Source: Candidatus Omnitrophota bacterium (GTDB taxonomy: Bacteria; Omnitrophota; Gorgyraeia; Gygaellales; Profunditerraquicolaceae). Taken from it: 64,000 nucleotides of DNA. The position numbers were made by a program, and so were the translations under genes. The notes under the pieces were generated by a model. It saw only the letters and a program-made list of their open reading frames with translations, was not told the DNA's origin and did not search any database. The stretch is from NCBI GenBank assembly GCA_041651115.1, contig JBAZJY010000001.1:581165-645164 (forward strand), read 5' to 3'. Below, piece by piece: positions 43,629 through 53,150 of this stretch. Position 1 is the first letter of the stretch, and each line of letters begins with the position of its first letter.

Positions 43629-44234
43629 TTATATTTGTATAAAATTTTTCAGTATCTTTATCCCGGTTTCCTGGCTCTTTTCCGGGTGAAACTGCACGCC
43701 ATACACATTATCTTGCCTGACGATCGCGGAAAATTCAAGGCCGTAATTCGCCGTTGCCGCTGTTACCACTGTTTCTGACACTGCGGGATAATAAGAATGG
43801 CAGAAATATACGTAACAGCCATCCTCCAATCCCGTGAACAAAGGACAATCTTTCTGCCGGAACTTTAAGGTATTCCAGCCCATATGCGGCACTTTTAAGC
43901 TGCTGGAAGCCTTGAATTTCTTTACCGAGCCTTTTATAATACCAAGCCCGGGCTTTTTGCCTTCTTCGCTTTTATCAAATAAAAGCTGCATGCCAAGGCA
44001 AATGCCTAAAAATATCTTTTTCGCGGCGATTGCCTCTTTGATTGCCGCGGATAAACCGCGTTTTTCTAACTCTATGGCAGCGTCGTCAAACGCCCCTACT
44101 CCGGGAAGCACGATCTTGGCGCATTGCTTGATCTCTTGCGGCTTATTGGTTACCAGGGTTTCTGCGCCTAAAACTTCCAGCGCTTTCTGAACGCTGTGAA
44201 TATTACCCATTCCGTAATCAATAATGCCGATCAT
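43629..44234 (-). CDS. hisH: imidazole glycerol phosphate synthase glutaminase subunit
   Basis: 201 aa class I GATase with Cys-His-Glu triad. Confidence 0.93.
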   Translation of the reverse strand: MIGIIDYGMGNIHSVQKALEVLGAETLVTNKPQEIKQCAKIVLPGVGAFDDAAIELEKRGLSAAIKEAIAAKKIFLGICLGMQLLFDKSEEGKKPGLGIIKGSVKKFKASSSLKVPHMGWNTLKFRQKDCPLFTGLEDGCYVYFCHSYYPAVSETVVTAATANYGLEFSAIVRQDNVYGVQFHPEKSQETGIKILKNFIQI

Positions 44235-44839
44235 TAATCAATTACCCCTTTTGTAGAAGGAATGCCTTTTCTGCGCGGGTCAATTTGCGTAGCCTGGTCC
44301 AAGGCAATGCCCAGGGCCTTAAATACCGGCTCCAATGTCGCGTGCAAATCCTCGCTGGGATTTTCTACTTTTATGTTAAGATTCATCCCTAATTGCTGCG
44401 CAAGCGATTCAAAGAAATGCTGCGCATACTCCATTTCATATTTTTCTTTGTTTTGCACGCTGGTAAGCGCGGCCAAGGTACTAGGAACTAATTTAAACGA
44501 AGGCCGGCCGCTGATATCAACCGTAACGCCTGCGGTTACGTCTTCCATCGGTGCCGAAGCGCTGCCTATGCGATTTATTCCCTTTTTATCTCCCAATGCT
44601 TCTTTAAAAGCCTGTCCCAAGACAATCCCCACGTCTTCATTCGTATGGTGTATGTCTACTTTTAGGTCGCCCTTGGCCGTAATCTCTAAATCAAAATGCC
44701 CCCAAAAAGCAAAGAGCTCAAGCATATGGTCCAAAAAACCAATACCGGTATTAATTTTTGATTTTCCCTCTCCGTCAATATTTAACTTTATGGAAATCTC
44801 TGTTTCGGTTGTTTTTCTTATTTTTTCGGCTTCTCTCAT
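44234..44839 (-). CDS. hisB: imidazoleglycerol-phosphate dehydratase (monofunctional)
   Basis: 201 aa IGPD family. Confidence 0.9.
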   Translation of the reverse strand: MREAEKIRKTTETEISIKLNIDGEGKSKINTGIGFLDHMLELFAFWGHFDLEITAKGDLKVDIHHTNEDVGIVLGQAFKEALGDKKGINRIGSASAPMEDVTAGVTVDISGRPSFKLVPSTLAALTSVQNKEKYEMEYAQHFFESLAQQLGMNLNIKVENPSEDLHATLEPVFKALGIALDQATQIDPRRKGIPSTKGVID

Positions 44840-46062
44840 TGAAACCTCGCTTTCACCGATTCAAGGTGTTTACTTAAGCCCTCTATGCCGGCTATCTTTT
44901 CTAATGGCTCGCGTACCTTTTCCAGCGCCTTCTTGGAATAACTGATAATGTGGTTAGACTTGATGAAATCAAGCGCGGAAAGCCCGGAGAAAAACCTTGC
45001 CGTGCCGCCGGTAGGAAGCACGTGGCTCGGGCCTGCCACATAATCACCAACCGCAGCCGGGCTGTATGGCCCTAAAAATATTGCCCCGGCATTGCGGATG
45101 CTCCTTAAAAGCTTCTGCGGGTTATTTACGAGTATCTCCAAATGTTCAGGCGCGATCTTATTGGCAACCTCTGCTGCCTGCTCAAGGTTCTTAGTTAAAA
45201 TAATAAATCCGTTTATGCCTGCGGTTTGCTGCTCCACTTCTTTAGCCAGGCTTTTAGAATTCGTGATCAATATCGCCAGTCCGCCGGCATGCTCCTCCTG
45301 CGCTTTTAAGTCGGCAACGATAAATTTAGGATCGCTGTGGCGGTTGGCAATAATTACCAGCTCTGTAGGGCCGGCAATCATGTCAATATCCACAATCCCG
45401 AAAACCTGGCGCTTTGCTTCACTGACGTAAATATTACCCGGGCCAACAATCTTATCAACTTTAGGGATGGTCTTTGTGCCGTAAGCAAGCGCGGCAATAC
45501 CTTGCGCACCGCCAACGCGGTAGATCTCATCCACCTTCAGAAGATTAGCCACCACCAGGATATGCGGATTGATGTGCCCGGATTTATCCGGCGGGCTGAT
45601 CAGGACGATCTTCTTTACTCCGGCGATCTTTGCCGGCAGCACGGTCATATAGACCGTTGAAGCAAGAGGCGCGGTCCCTGCCGGGATATAAACACCCACT
45701 CTTTCAAGCGCTGTATAATTCTCACCCAGCACAAGGCCGTCTCCGCCTTTGATCCTCCAGGACTTCCTGATCGTTTTACCGTAAAAGCGGTTTATATTTT
45801 CAATGATCACTTTTAAGCTGGAAACAAAATCCGGGCTGATACTTTGATAAGCGCCGCTGATCTCAATTGCCGCGACTTTAAGCTGCCGGGGCGTCATCTT
45901 GACCTTATCAAATTTTTTCGTGTATTTTAACAGCGCCTCATCACCCAAAAGCCTGACGTCTTCAATAATATGCCTTACTTTTTCACTGACCCGCTTGGAA
46001 TGATTAATACGGCAGTTATAGATCTTTTCCAGCTTCTTGGAATTAAAACGGATTATTTTCAT
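44836..46062 (-). CDS. hisD: histidinol dehydrogenase
   Basis: 408 aa HisD family; 4-nt overlaps on both sides. Confidence 0.93.
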   Translation of the reverse strand: MKIIRFNSKKLEKIYNCRINHSKRVSEKVRHIIEDVRLLGDEALLKYTKKFDKVKMTPRQLKVAAIEISGAYQSISPDFVSSLKVIIENINRFYGKTIRKSWRIKGGDGLVLGENYTALERVGVYIPAGTAPLASTVYMTVLPAKIAGVKKIVLISPPDKSGHINPHILVVANLLKVDEIYRVGGAQGIAALAYGTKTIPKVDKIVGPGNIYVSEAKRQVFGIVDIDMIAGPTELVIIANRHSDPKFIVADLKAQEEHAGGLAILITNSKSLAKEVEQQTAGINGFIILTKNLEQAAEVANKIAPEHLEILVNNPQKLLRSIRNAGAIFLGPYSPAAVGDYVAGPSHVLPTGGTARFFSGLSALDFIKSNHIISYSKKALEKVREPLEKIAGIEGLSKHLESVKARFQ

Positions 46063-48665
46063 AGTTTGATTTGGCTGATGATGTTTTTCAATTCTGCCAG
46101 CGCTGCGTCAATGCCTGCCGGGTTATTGCCGCCTGCCTGCGCAAAATCCTTTCTTCCGCCGCCTGATCCTCCGATAAAACCTGCGGCTTTATTTACCAAT
46201 GCCGCAGCATCTATGCCCTTTTGCGTCAGATCGGCAGTAACGCCGATCACCAACAGGGCTTTATCGGAAGCCGTGGATGCCAAGGCAATGACTGCTCCCG
46301 CGGTTTTTTGCTTGATCAAATCTACTGCGCTGCGCAAAGCAGCCATATCTGCTCCGGGAATATTTTTTGCGATAAGCTTTAAGCTGCCGATCTTTTCTGC
46401 TGATTGAGCCAACTCATCTACCGAAGATTTTACCGTATTTATTTTTTGAGAATTAAGCTGTTTTTCCAGCTCTTTTATCCGGCTAAGCCGTTTCTCTAAT
46501 TCAACTGCCATTTCTTCTTTTTCCTGCTTCACTGCCTGCAAGGCCGCAAACCCGGTTACCGCCTCTATCCTCCTTATACCGCTGGCTACCGAGCCTTCGC
46601 TGGCAATCCTAAATAATCCGATCTGGCCGGTTGAATCAAGATGCGTGCCGCCGCAGAATTCGCGGGAAAACCCGCCGATAGAAACTACGCGCACTTTGCC
46701 TTCGTATTTTTCCGCAAAGAATGCCAATGCCCCGGTCTTTTTCGCGCTTGCCAAAGGCATTTCTTTTACCGAGAGGCCGTGGCTGCCGAGAATATAGCTA
46801 TTAACTGTTTCTTCAATCCGGCTAAGCTCGCTGTCGCTGACAGCCTTAAAATGGCTGAAATCAAAACGCAAGCGGCCTGCCTCAACTAATGAACCTTGCT
46901 GCTGCACGTGCGGGCCAAGGACCTGCCTTAAGGCTGCCTGTAAAAGATGCGTGGCAGTATGGTTTCTGGCAATGGAAAGCCTGCGCTCTATATCAACTTT
47001 TGCCAAAACCTGGTCTGCTTTCTTAAAAGCGCCTGCCTTGACCTTGCCGCTATGAAATATTATCTTACCTGATTTTTGCGTATCTGTAACTTCAAAGATA
47101 TTCTTTCCCTTAACCAGCACGCCGGTATCGCTAACCTGGCCGCCGGACTCGGCATAGAACGCGGTTTTATCAAGGGCGATCTGCACCTGCTCATCCTTGC
47201 CGGCTTTTTTCACCTGCTTGCCGTCTTTAATGATCGCCAGGACCTTGGCAGAAACTTCATAATTCTTATATCCGGAAAACTTTGTCGCGGCAATATCCAA
47301 TTTTAATCCTCCGGAAGCAAACACGTCACCTTTCATATTGCTCTGGGATTTTGAACGCTGCCTTTGCTGCTGAAGGTTCTCATCGTACAGCTTCATCGCT
47401 GTCAACGGCACGCTGCCAAATTTTTTTTCCAGCCAGCTGATGATCAACTCCAGCGGCAAGCCGTAGGTATCGGTAAGCTTAAAAATGGAATCAGCGGTTT
47501 TTCGGCTATTGCTTAAGCCTTTTTCTCCTTCAAAAGCCTCTTTTAAATACCTATCGCTGGAATCCAGAATGGCGATAAAATTCTTTTCTTCCGCCTGGAT
47601 TACTTGCGCAATATCCTCCCGGCGAACGGATAGTTCAGGATACGGGCCTTTCATGATCTCCGCTAATACCGGCACAAGTTTATGCAAAAACGGCTTTTCT
47701 ATGCCCATCTGGCGCAGCGCAAGCACGGATTTACGGATTATTTTTCTCACCACGTAACCGCGGCCCTCATTGGAAGGCAAGATACCGTCGTAAATGGAAA
47801 AAACTACGGCGCGGAGATGATCGGCTACGGCATAAATAAGTTCGTTAGAAGGGGTTGTCCCCAAAGAGGACTGTCCCTTAACTTGTCCTTGCCGTATTTC
47901 CTTTATTATCGGTTGAAAAATGTCCGTCTCAAAATTATTCGGCGCGCCCTGCATTACTGCTGCCAGGCGCTCAAGGCCCATACCGGTATCAATGTTTTTC
48001 TGCGGCAAAGGCTCAAGTACGCCCCCATCCTTACGGTTAAACTGCGTGAACACAAGGTTCCAGATCTCCACAAACCTGCCGCAGGGGCAAGACGGATCAC
48101 AAACCGGTTCTCCGCAGCCCTTGTCTTTTCCGAAATCATAGAATATTTCCGAACACGGCCCGCACGGCCCATTCGGGCCTTTTTCTTTTGCTTCTGCCGG
48201 CCAAAAATTATCTTTATCTCCCAGCTTGACGATCTTATTTACCGGGACGCCGATCGCATCCTTCCAAATTTTATATGCCTCATCGTCATCTTTATAAACC
48301 GAAACCCAGAGTTTTTCCGGGCTGATCTTCAGTTCCTGGATCAGGAATTCCCATGCCCACCTGATCGCATCCTTTTTGAAATAATCCCCAAAAGAAAAAT
48401 TCCCCAGCATTTCAAAGAACGTGTGGTGGCCGGCAGTCTTGCCCACTTTGTCCAGGTCGTCGGTGCGCAGGCAGCGCTGGGAAGTTGCTGCCCTGCGAAA
48501 ATCGCCTACCTCCCCGAGGAATTGTTTTTTAAACTGGTTCATCCCCGCAGGCGTAAAAAGCACGGTAGGGTCTTCTTTAGGCACCAGCGAGTCGCTTTCA
48601 ACGACCCGATGTTTCTTCGCTTTAAAAAAATCCAGGAATTTTTTTCTCAAGATATCTGCTGTCAT
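46059..48665 (-). CDS. alaS: alanine--tRNA ligase
   Basis: 868 aa class II aaRS with editing domain and C-Ala domain. Confidence 0.95.
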   Translation of the reverse strand: MTADILRKKFLDFFKAKKHRVVESDSLVPKEDPTVLFTPAGMNQFKKQFLGEVGDFRRAATSQRCLRTDDLDKVGKTAGHHTFFEMLGNFSFGDYFKKDAIRWAWEFLIQELKISPEKLWVSVYKDDDEAYKIWKDAIGVPVNKIVKLGDKDNFWPAEAKEKGPNGPCGPCSEIFYDFGKDKGCGEPVCDPSCPCGRFVEIWNLVFTQFNRKDGGVLEPLPQKNIDTGMGLERLAAVMQGAPNNFETDIFQPIIKEIRQGQVKGQSSLGTTPSNELIYAVADHLRAVVFSIYDGILPSNEGRGYVVRKIIRKSVLALRQMGIEKPFLHKLVPVLAEIMKGPYPELSVRREDIAQVIQAEEKNFIAILDSSDRYLKEAFEGEKGLSNSRKTADSIFKLTDTYGLPLELIISWLEKKFGSVPLTAMKLYDENLQQQRQRSKSQSNMKGDVFASGGLKLDIAATKFSGYKNYEVSAKVLAIIKDGKQVKKAGKDEQVQIALDKTAFYAESGGQVSDTGVLVKGKNIFEVTDTQKSGKIIFHSGKVKAGAFKKADQVLAKVDIERRLSIARNHTATHLLQAALRQVLGPHVQQQGSLVEAGRLRFDFSHFKAVSDSELSRIEETVNSYILGSHGLSVKEMPLASAKKTGALAFFAEKYEGKVRVVSIGGFSREFCGGTHLDSTGQIGLFRIASEGSVASGIRRIEAVTGFAALQAVKQEKEEMAVELEKRLSRIKELEKQLNSQKINTVKSSVDELAQSAEKIGSLKLIAKNIPGADMAALRSAVDLIKQKTAGAVIALASTASDKALLVIGVTADLTQKGIDAAALVNKAAGFIGGSGGGRKDFAQAGGNNPAGIDAALAELKNIISQIKL

Positions 48666-49123
48666 AGCTCATTCACCACGTCAATGACCACGTCCGGAGA
48701 AAAACCGCGGCGGATAAGGTAACCGTAAATGCGCTGCCTTATCTTTTGCGGGTCAACGTCCTTCATTTTTTCTTTTCTCCTGCGGGCAATCTCTAACGCT
48801 GTTTCTGTTTCCGGATAATCTTCTTTTATCCGCGCGACCTCGCCTTCAATCAAACGCTTATCAATGCCTTTAAGCGCCAGCTCCTGCGCGATCCGCCTTG
48901 CCCCCATGCCTTTTTTTAAACGGGAATCGGCCCATCCCCTGGCAAAGGCTGCATCATCAATAAATTTTTTTTCTTTTAAGAAATCTATTGCCTTGCGGAT
49001 TACCGGCTCATCAAATTTCTTTTTCTTAAGGCGGCTGCGCAGCTCGTTTTCGCTGCGCAATCGGAATTTTAAAAGCAGAAAACAATAGTTCTTTGCTTTT
49101 TCAAACGGCGTTAAACCTAGCAC
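48662..49123 (-). CDS. recX: recombination regulator RecX
   Basis: 153 aa helical-repeat RecX family immediately after recA. Confidence 0.8.
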   Translation of the reverse strand: MLGLTPFEKAKNYCFLLLKFRLRSENELRSRLKKKKFDEPVIRKAIDFLKEKKFIDDAAFARGWADSRLKKGMGARRIAQELALKGIDKRLIEGEVARIKEDYPETETALEIARRRKEKMKDVDPQKIRQRIYGYLIRRGFSPDVVIDVVNEL

Positions 49124-50135
49124 GGATTTCCTTTTCCAGGTCCTGCTGCAGCTTCGGCCTTTCTTTCATCAGCTTGATCACCGAATCCCTGCCCTGGCCG
49201 ATCTTTTCATTCTGGTAGGAGAACCACGCCCCGGACTTCTCCACGATATTCAGGTTGACTGCGGCATCAAACGTGCTGATCGTCTTGGATATACCTTCGT
49301 TATGCAGTATCTCGAACTCTGCCTCTCTAAACGGCGGAGCCACTTTATTTTTTACTACCTTTACGCGCACGCGGTTGCCGATCACCATTTCATTGGCTTT
49401 AAGCGTGGCGATCTTCCTTATGTCCAGCCTGACGGAACAGTAGAATTTCAGCGCCCTGCCGCCGGGAGTAGTTTCCGGAGAACCGAACATCACGCCGATC
49501 TTTTCCCTGATCTGGTTGATAAAGATCACGCAGGTGCGTGATTTACTGATCGCCGCGGTAAGCTTACGCAGCGCTTGCGACATCAGCCGCGCCTGCAGGC
49601 CCATATGCGAATCGCCCATGTCCCCTTCGATCTCCGCGCGGGGAGTAAGCGCAGCAACCGAATCAACGACAATAAGATCAACGGCATTGGAACGCACTAA
49701 GGTTTCTGCGATCTCCAGTGCCTGCTCGCCGGTATCCGGCTGGGAGATCAAAAGGTCATCCAGATTCACGCCGATGATCTTGGCATAGGTGGGGTCAAAA
49801 GCATGCTCTGCGTCAATAAAAGCGGCAACGCCGCCTTTTTTCTGGATCTCTTTTATCGCGCTTAAAGTAAGCGTGGTCTTGCCGGATGCTTCCGGCCCGA
49901 ATATTTCAATGATCCTGCCGCGCGGAAGGCCGCCTACACCTAAAGCAATATCCAGGGTAATCGCGCCCGTAGGGATTACCTCTACGTCTGCCTTTACTTC
50001 CTGGCCAAGCTTCATGATCGAACCTTTGCCAAACTGTTTCTCTATCTGGGTAAGCGCCAATTCCAGCGCCTTTTGCCGGTCTGAACTTACCTTTATTTCT
50101 TCTTTCTTTTTTTCTACAACCATATCCGCCTCCAA
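49101..50135 (-). CDS. recA: recombinase RecA (ORF as called starts at TTG; likelier start is the ATG at 50121-50123 preceded by GGAGG)
   Basis: Walker [11 protein letters not shown], conserved RecA core. Confidence 0.97.
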   Translation of the reverse strand: MEADMVVEKKKEEIKVSSDRQKALELALTQIEKQFGKGSIMKLGQEVKADVEVIPTGAITLDIALGVGGLPRGRIIEIFGPEASGKTTLTLSAIKEIQKKGGVAAFIDAEHAFDPTYAKIIGVNLDDLLISQPDTGEQALEIAETLVRSNAVDLIVVDSVAALTPRAEIEGDMGDSHMGLQARLMSQALRKLTAAISKSRTCVIFINQIREKIGVMFGSPETTPGGRALKFYCSVRLDIRKIATLKANEMVIGNRVRVKVVKNKVAPPFREAEFEILHNEGISKTISTFDAAVNLNIVEKSGAWFSYQNEKIGQGRDSVIKLMKERPKLQQDLEKEIRARFNAV

Positions 50136-50169
50136 TTTAATTGATTTTTAGCTTTTAGGTTAGAAATTG

Positions 50170-50199
50170 ATTATATCTTAACGGGTTACACGTGTCAAA
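50170..50199 (-). promoter_or_regulatory. consensus sigma70-type promoter for recA (TTGACA-17-TATAAT) with 8-bp palindrome ACACGTGT overlapping the -35/spacer
   Basis: Minus strand reads TTGACACGTGTAACCCGTTAAGATATAAT about 45 nt upstream of the recA ATG. Confidence 0.6.
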
Positions 50200-50226
50200 C
50201 AGATTAATTCACCCCCCTTCCAGTAA

Positions 50227-50296
50227 ACCCCGCCAAAAAAAGGCGGGGTAAGTTCGGACGCATAAGTTATGTCGCTCCGTTCCATAACTTATGTCC
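50227..50296 (-). promoter_or_regulatory. family-2 two-hairpin motif, copy 3, immediately downstream of the tonB-like gene and upstream of the recA promoter
   Basis: CCCCGCCAAAAAAAGGCGGGG, TAAGTTCGG, GGACGCATAAGTTATG-loop TCGCTCCGTTCC-CATAACTTATGTCC. Confidence 0.5.
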
Positions 50297-50334
50297 TCAC
50301 TTAATAGACGAAGGCGATATGCAAATCTAACTAT

Positions 50335-51051
50335 TTATTCTACTTCAAAGGAAACTACGACATTGAACGTAAGCTCGGGATATTCCAGGTCTTTAGGAAA
50401 GGCGGGGAATGGCGAAGATTCTCTTACGCTGGCCATGGCGATCTCCCTTAAATAAGGGCTGGCTGAAGACCGGTCATCATCAACGCGCACGTCTTTTATA
50501 TCGCCGCTGTTAGAGACGATAAAAGAAAGGTAAACTTCCCCTTCTTCCATGTAGGTATAGCGCTGGTAAAGTATGCGCTTAACTTTTTCCCGGGTAAGTT
50601 GAAAATACCCGATATAAGAAGGGCTGTTGATCTTATTCAGATCTAAATTTTCCCGGGGCGCTGCCAGAGTTATTTTCTTTTTAACGCTGCCGATAGTATC
50701 CGGGCGTATCAACGCCGGTTTAATAAGGACGCGGCCTCCGCGGCCAAGGTCCTTTTTTTTGCCGGGCTGCAATTCCTGTTTATCCGTAAACGGCGAGGGC
50801 GCTGACGCAGAAGCAGAGATAAACGACGGTAATTTAAGCAGCGGTTCCCGCTTGGGCCTTAGGCTGGCCTTAGGCTGGCTATGCGTAGGCTGGAGGTTCT
50901 CTTGTTTTTTGCTTTCAACGTATTTTACCTCTACCTGCACCGTATCAGGCTGCCGTAGTATAGAGTAAAATCCCGGCATGCGTAACAGGATCACTAAATG
51001 GACCAATAGCGACAATACAATCGCGGTAAGAAACGGCCGTTTGGTTAACAT
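50335..51051 (-). CDS. TonB family protein (N-terminal TM anchor, Pro/Lys-rich spacer, TonB C-terminal domain)
   Basis: 238 aa; hydrophobic N-terminus, C-terminal ~90 aa TonB-like fold signature; located right after btuB. Confidence 0.7.
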   Translation of the reverse strand: MLTKRPFLTAIVLSLLVHLVILLRMPGFYSILRQPDTVQVEVKYVESKKQENLQPTHSQPKASLRPKREPLLKLPSFISASASAPSPFTDKQELQPGKKKDLGRGGRVLIKPALIRPDTIGSVKKKITLAAPRENLDLNKINSPSYIGYFQLTREKVKRILYQRYTYMEEGEVYLSFIVSNSGDIKDVRVDDDRSSASPYLREIAMASVRESSPFPAFPKDLEYPELTFNVVVSFEVE

Positions 51052-51087
51052 AATCCTAGGTTAGCATAAAAGGGCCATAAGTCAAGG

Positions 51088-51163
51088 TAGGGACGGTTCT
51101 CAACTCAAAGCTAAAGTGTCCCCTTGGAGGGGACACTTTACGATTGGCTTGAGAACCGTCCCT
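51088..51163. repeat. family-1 palindromic repeat element, copy B
   Basis: TAGGGACGGTTCTCAACTCAAAGCTAAAGTGTCCCCTTGGAGGGGACACTTTACGATTGGCTTGAGAACCGTCCCTG between btuB stop and tonB-like start. Confidence 0.85.
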
Positions 51164-51167
51164 GAAT

Positions 51168-53024
51168 TTAAAACTCAAGTTTTAGCCCACCGGTGGCGGA
51201 AAATCCGGGCATTGGATAATCGCGGATAACTTGATATCTCCTCGCGGAAAGATTATCCACCGAGCCAAAACAGGTTACTCCCTTAGAAAATTTCTTTGAC
51301 AAACCGAGCCCAAAAACAAAAAATCTTTTTACGGAAATAGAATTGGCGGCATTATGGAACCTTTTATCCGTAAACTGGCCCTTGAATTCAAAGACAACCC
51401 CCTTAAAACCCTTATACCTCAACAAAAGGTCCGCTTTATTCTTAGGCTGATATATCAGGTATTTTCTGGTTTTATCATCTATCGCCCGCATATAAGTATA
51501 GTTAAGTCCTAACTCCAGATTATCAAGGAGATAAAAGGTATTGCTGAATTCTACGCCGTCAATCAATGCCGACCCGATATTTGTAGGGCTCCATACGCCG
51601 TTGTCATCGGCAGCCCAATTGATCAACTGCTTGTAAACGCTTCGATAGTACGTTACGCCCGAAGAGAAATATTCGCAGGGTTTAACATCAATGCCAACCT
51701 CCCCGGTCGTCCCCTTTTCGGGCCTAAGGTTTGGGTTGCCCTTTGACCAGCCTTCATCCGGCCAATACAAGTCGTTAAAGGTAGGCGCGCGGAAAGAACG
51801 CGCAACCAGGCCGTGTAATTTAATATTTTCTGATATTTTATAAACCGCGCTCAGGCTGGGGCTGAATTGCGCACCGAAATTTGAATAGTCATCTACCCTT
51901 GCGCTGAAGTTCAGCTTAAATTTAGAAGTTACATCCCACTGGTTTTCCATGTAAGCTGCCTTGACATTATATTTATGTTTTGCCGAAGACGTACTATCGT
52001 TATAGTTACCTACATAATTCAAACCGCCGATCAACTGATAAAAATCAAAGAGCTTACGGTTAAATTGCAGCTCAAGCCCCCTGGCTACCGTTGAATGGAT
52101 GTTTTTAGCATTAGCTGAATCAAAGATTGAACCGGCGCTGTTCTCAATGAATTCCAGGCGGTCATAATTACGGTAGATCCTGGCAGAAAAGCCCGTAAGA
52201 TTATCCGGCTTAAAATTCCAGGCCAAATCAAGGTAATTCGTAAGAGCCAGCTGCTTATCATCCGTATCGGGAGAACTGACAGCTCCGGGCAGGCCTGACT
52301 TATTCCTGTAAAATCCGGATCCCAGCCTAAGTGTACTGCTATCGTTAAGGCGGTATTCAAATTTAGCGTTTGCATCTTTGGAGTTGACCTTGGAATTATC
52401 ACGGAAACCTTGCGAGCTCAAGTAGCCTCCGCTAAAAAGGTAACCAAAACCCCCCACCCTGCCGCCGTGAAGCAACCGGTCGGTATAAGTCCTGAAAGTG
52501 CCAAAGCTGGAGCTGACCGACGTCTCAAATCCTTTTATGGGAGGCTGCTTAGTGATAATATTGACGGTGCCGCCCATTGCCTGTGAGCCGTATAAACTGG
52601 AAGCCGGACCATGGACAACTTCAATCCGTTCGATATTGTCTAAGGGAATCGTGCTGAGGTCAACTTGCCCGCTGCGCGGATTATTCACCGGCCTGCCGTC
52701 AACGGTAACTAGGACCTGTTCTGCCGTGGAACCGCGCATCCTGATACTCTTTAATTCGCCTACTCCGCCATAATCACTGATATCGACTGAAGTCAAACCC
52801 GTCAAAGCCGCGGCAACATCTTTTGCCCCGGAATATTCGATCTCTTTTGCGGTAACCACGTCCACGCTGCAGGCAGTATCACCGCAATATTCTTCTATCT
52901 TAGACGGAGTTACGACTATTTTTTCCAGGTCGATATCTCCGGCGCTTGAGCTGCCTGCCGCAACCGAAAATAATAAAACCGCCGCTAATACTATGCTAAA
53001 TAAATATTTCATATTCCTGTCCAT
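51168..53024 (-). CDS. btuB: TonB-dependent outer-membrane receptor, BtuB-like (vitamin B12/corrinoid transporter)
   Basis: 618 aa, signal peptide, TonB box EKIVVTPSK, plug plus 22-strand barrel size, C-terminal Phe; preceded by a cobalamin riboswitch. Confidence 0.85.
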   Translation of the reverse strand: MDRNMKYLFSIVLAAVLLFSVAAGSSSAGDIDLEKIVVTPSKIEEYCGDTACSVDVVTAKEIEYSGAKDVAAALTGLTSVDISDYGGVGELKSIRMRGSTAEQVLVTVDGRPVNNPRSGQVDLSTIPLDNIERIEVVHGPASSLYGSQAMGGTVNIITKQPPIKGFETSVSSSFGTFRTYTDRLLHGGRVGGFGYLFSGGYLSSQGFRDNSKVNSKDANAKFEYRLNDSSTLRLGSGFYRNKSGLPGAVSSPDTDDKQLALTNYLDLAWNFKPDNLTGFSARIYRNYDRLEFIENSAGSIFDSANAKNIHSTVARGLELQFNRKLFDFYQLIGGLNYVGNYNDSTSSAKHKYNVKAAYMENQWDVTSKFKLNFSARVDDYSNFGAQFSPSLSAVYKISENIKLHGLVARSFRAPTFNDLYWPDEGWSKGNPNLRPEKGTTGEVGIDVKPCEYFSSGVTYYRSVYKQLINWAADDNGVWSPTNIGSALIDGVEFSNTFYLLDNLELGLNYTYMRAIDDKTRKYLIYQPKNKADLLLRYKGFKGVVFEFKGQFTDKRFHNAANSISVKRFFVFGLGLSKKFSKGVTCFGSVDNLSARRYQVIRDYPMPGFSATGGLKLEF

Positions 53025-53027
53025 CTT

Positions 53028-53150
53028 CTCCTCCCATGAGAATACTTGCCAAAACAGGCAATCGACCGGGCTTACCGCCGGAGGCGGAATTACCGTTGCA
53101 GGGCAGCACCCCGGATCTCACGGGGATTTCCTTTACCTGTCCGGAAGAAT
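53028..53150 (-). promoter_or_regulatory. cobalamin riboswitch (minimal aptamer) in btuB leader
   Basis: Minus strand: GGAAATCCCCGTGAGATCCGGGGTGCTGCCCTGCAACGGTAATTCC ... GTAAGCCCGGTCGATTGCC. It parallels the E. coli btuB element (GGGAATCCAGTGCGAATCTGGAGCTGACGCGCAGCGGTAAGG ... AAGCCCGAAGACCTGCC) as recalled from memory. It starts at the stop codon of the upstream PP-loop gene. Confidence 0.6.

Noticed and set aside
47682-48722. 346-aa plus-strand ORF
   Set aside because: It lies entirely antisense to alaS. Long antisense ORFs are expected in GC-balanced coding DNA. It has Arg/His-rich composition and no homology cues.
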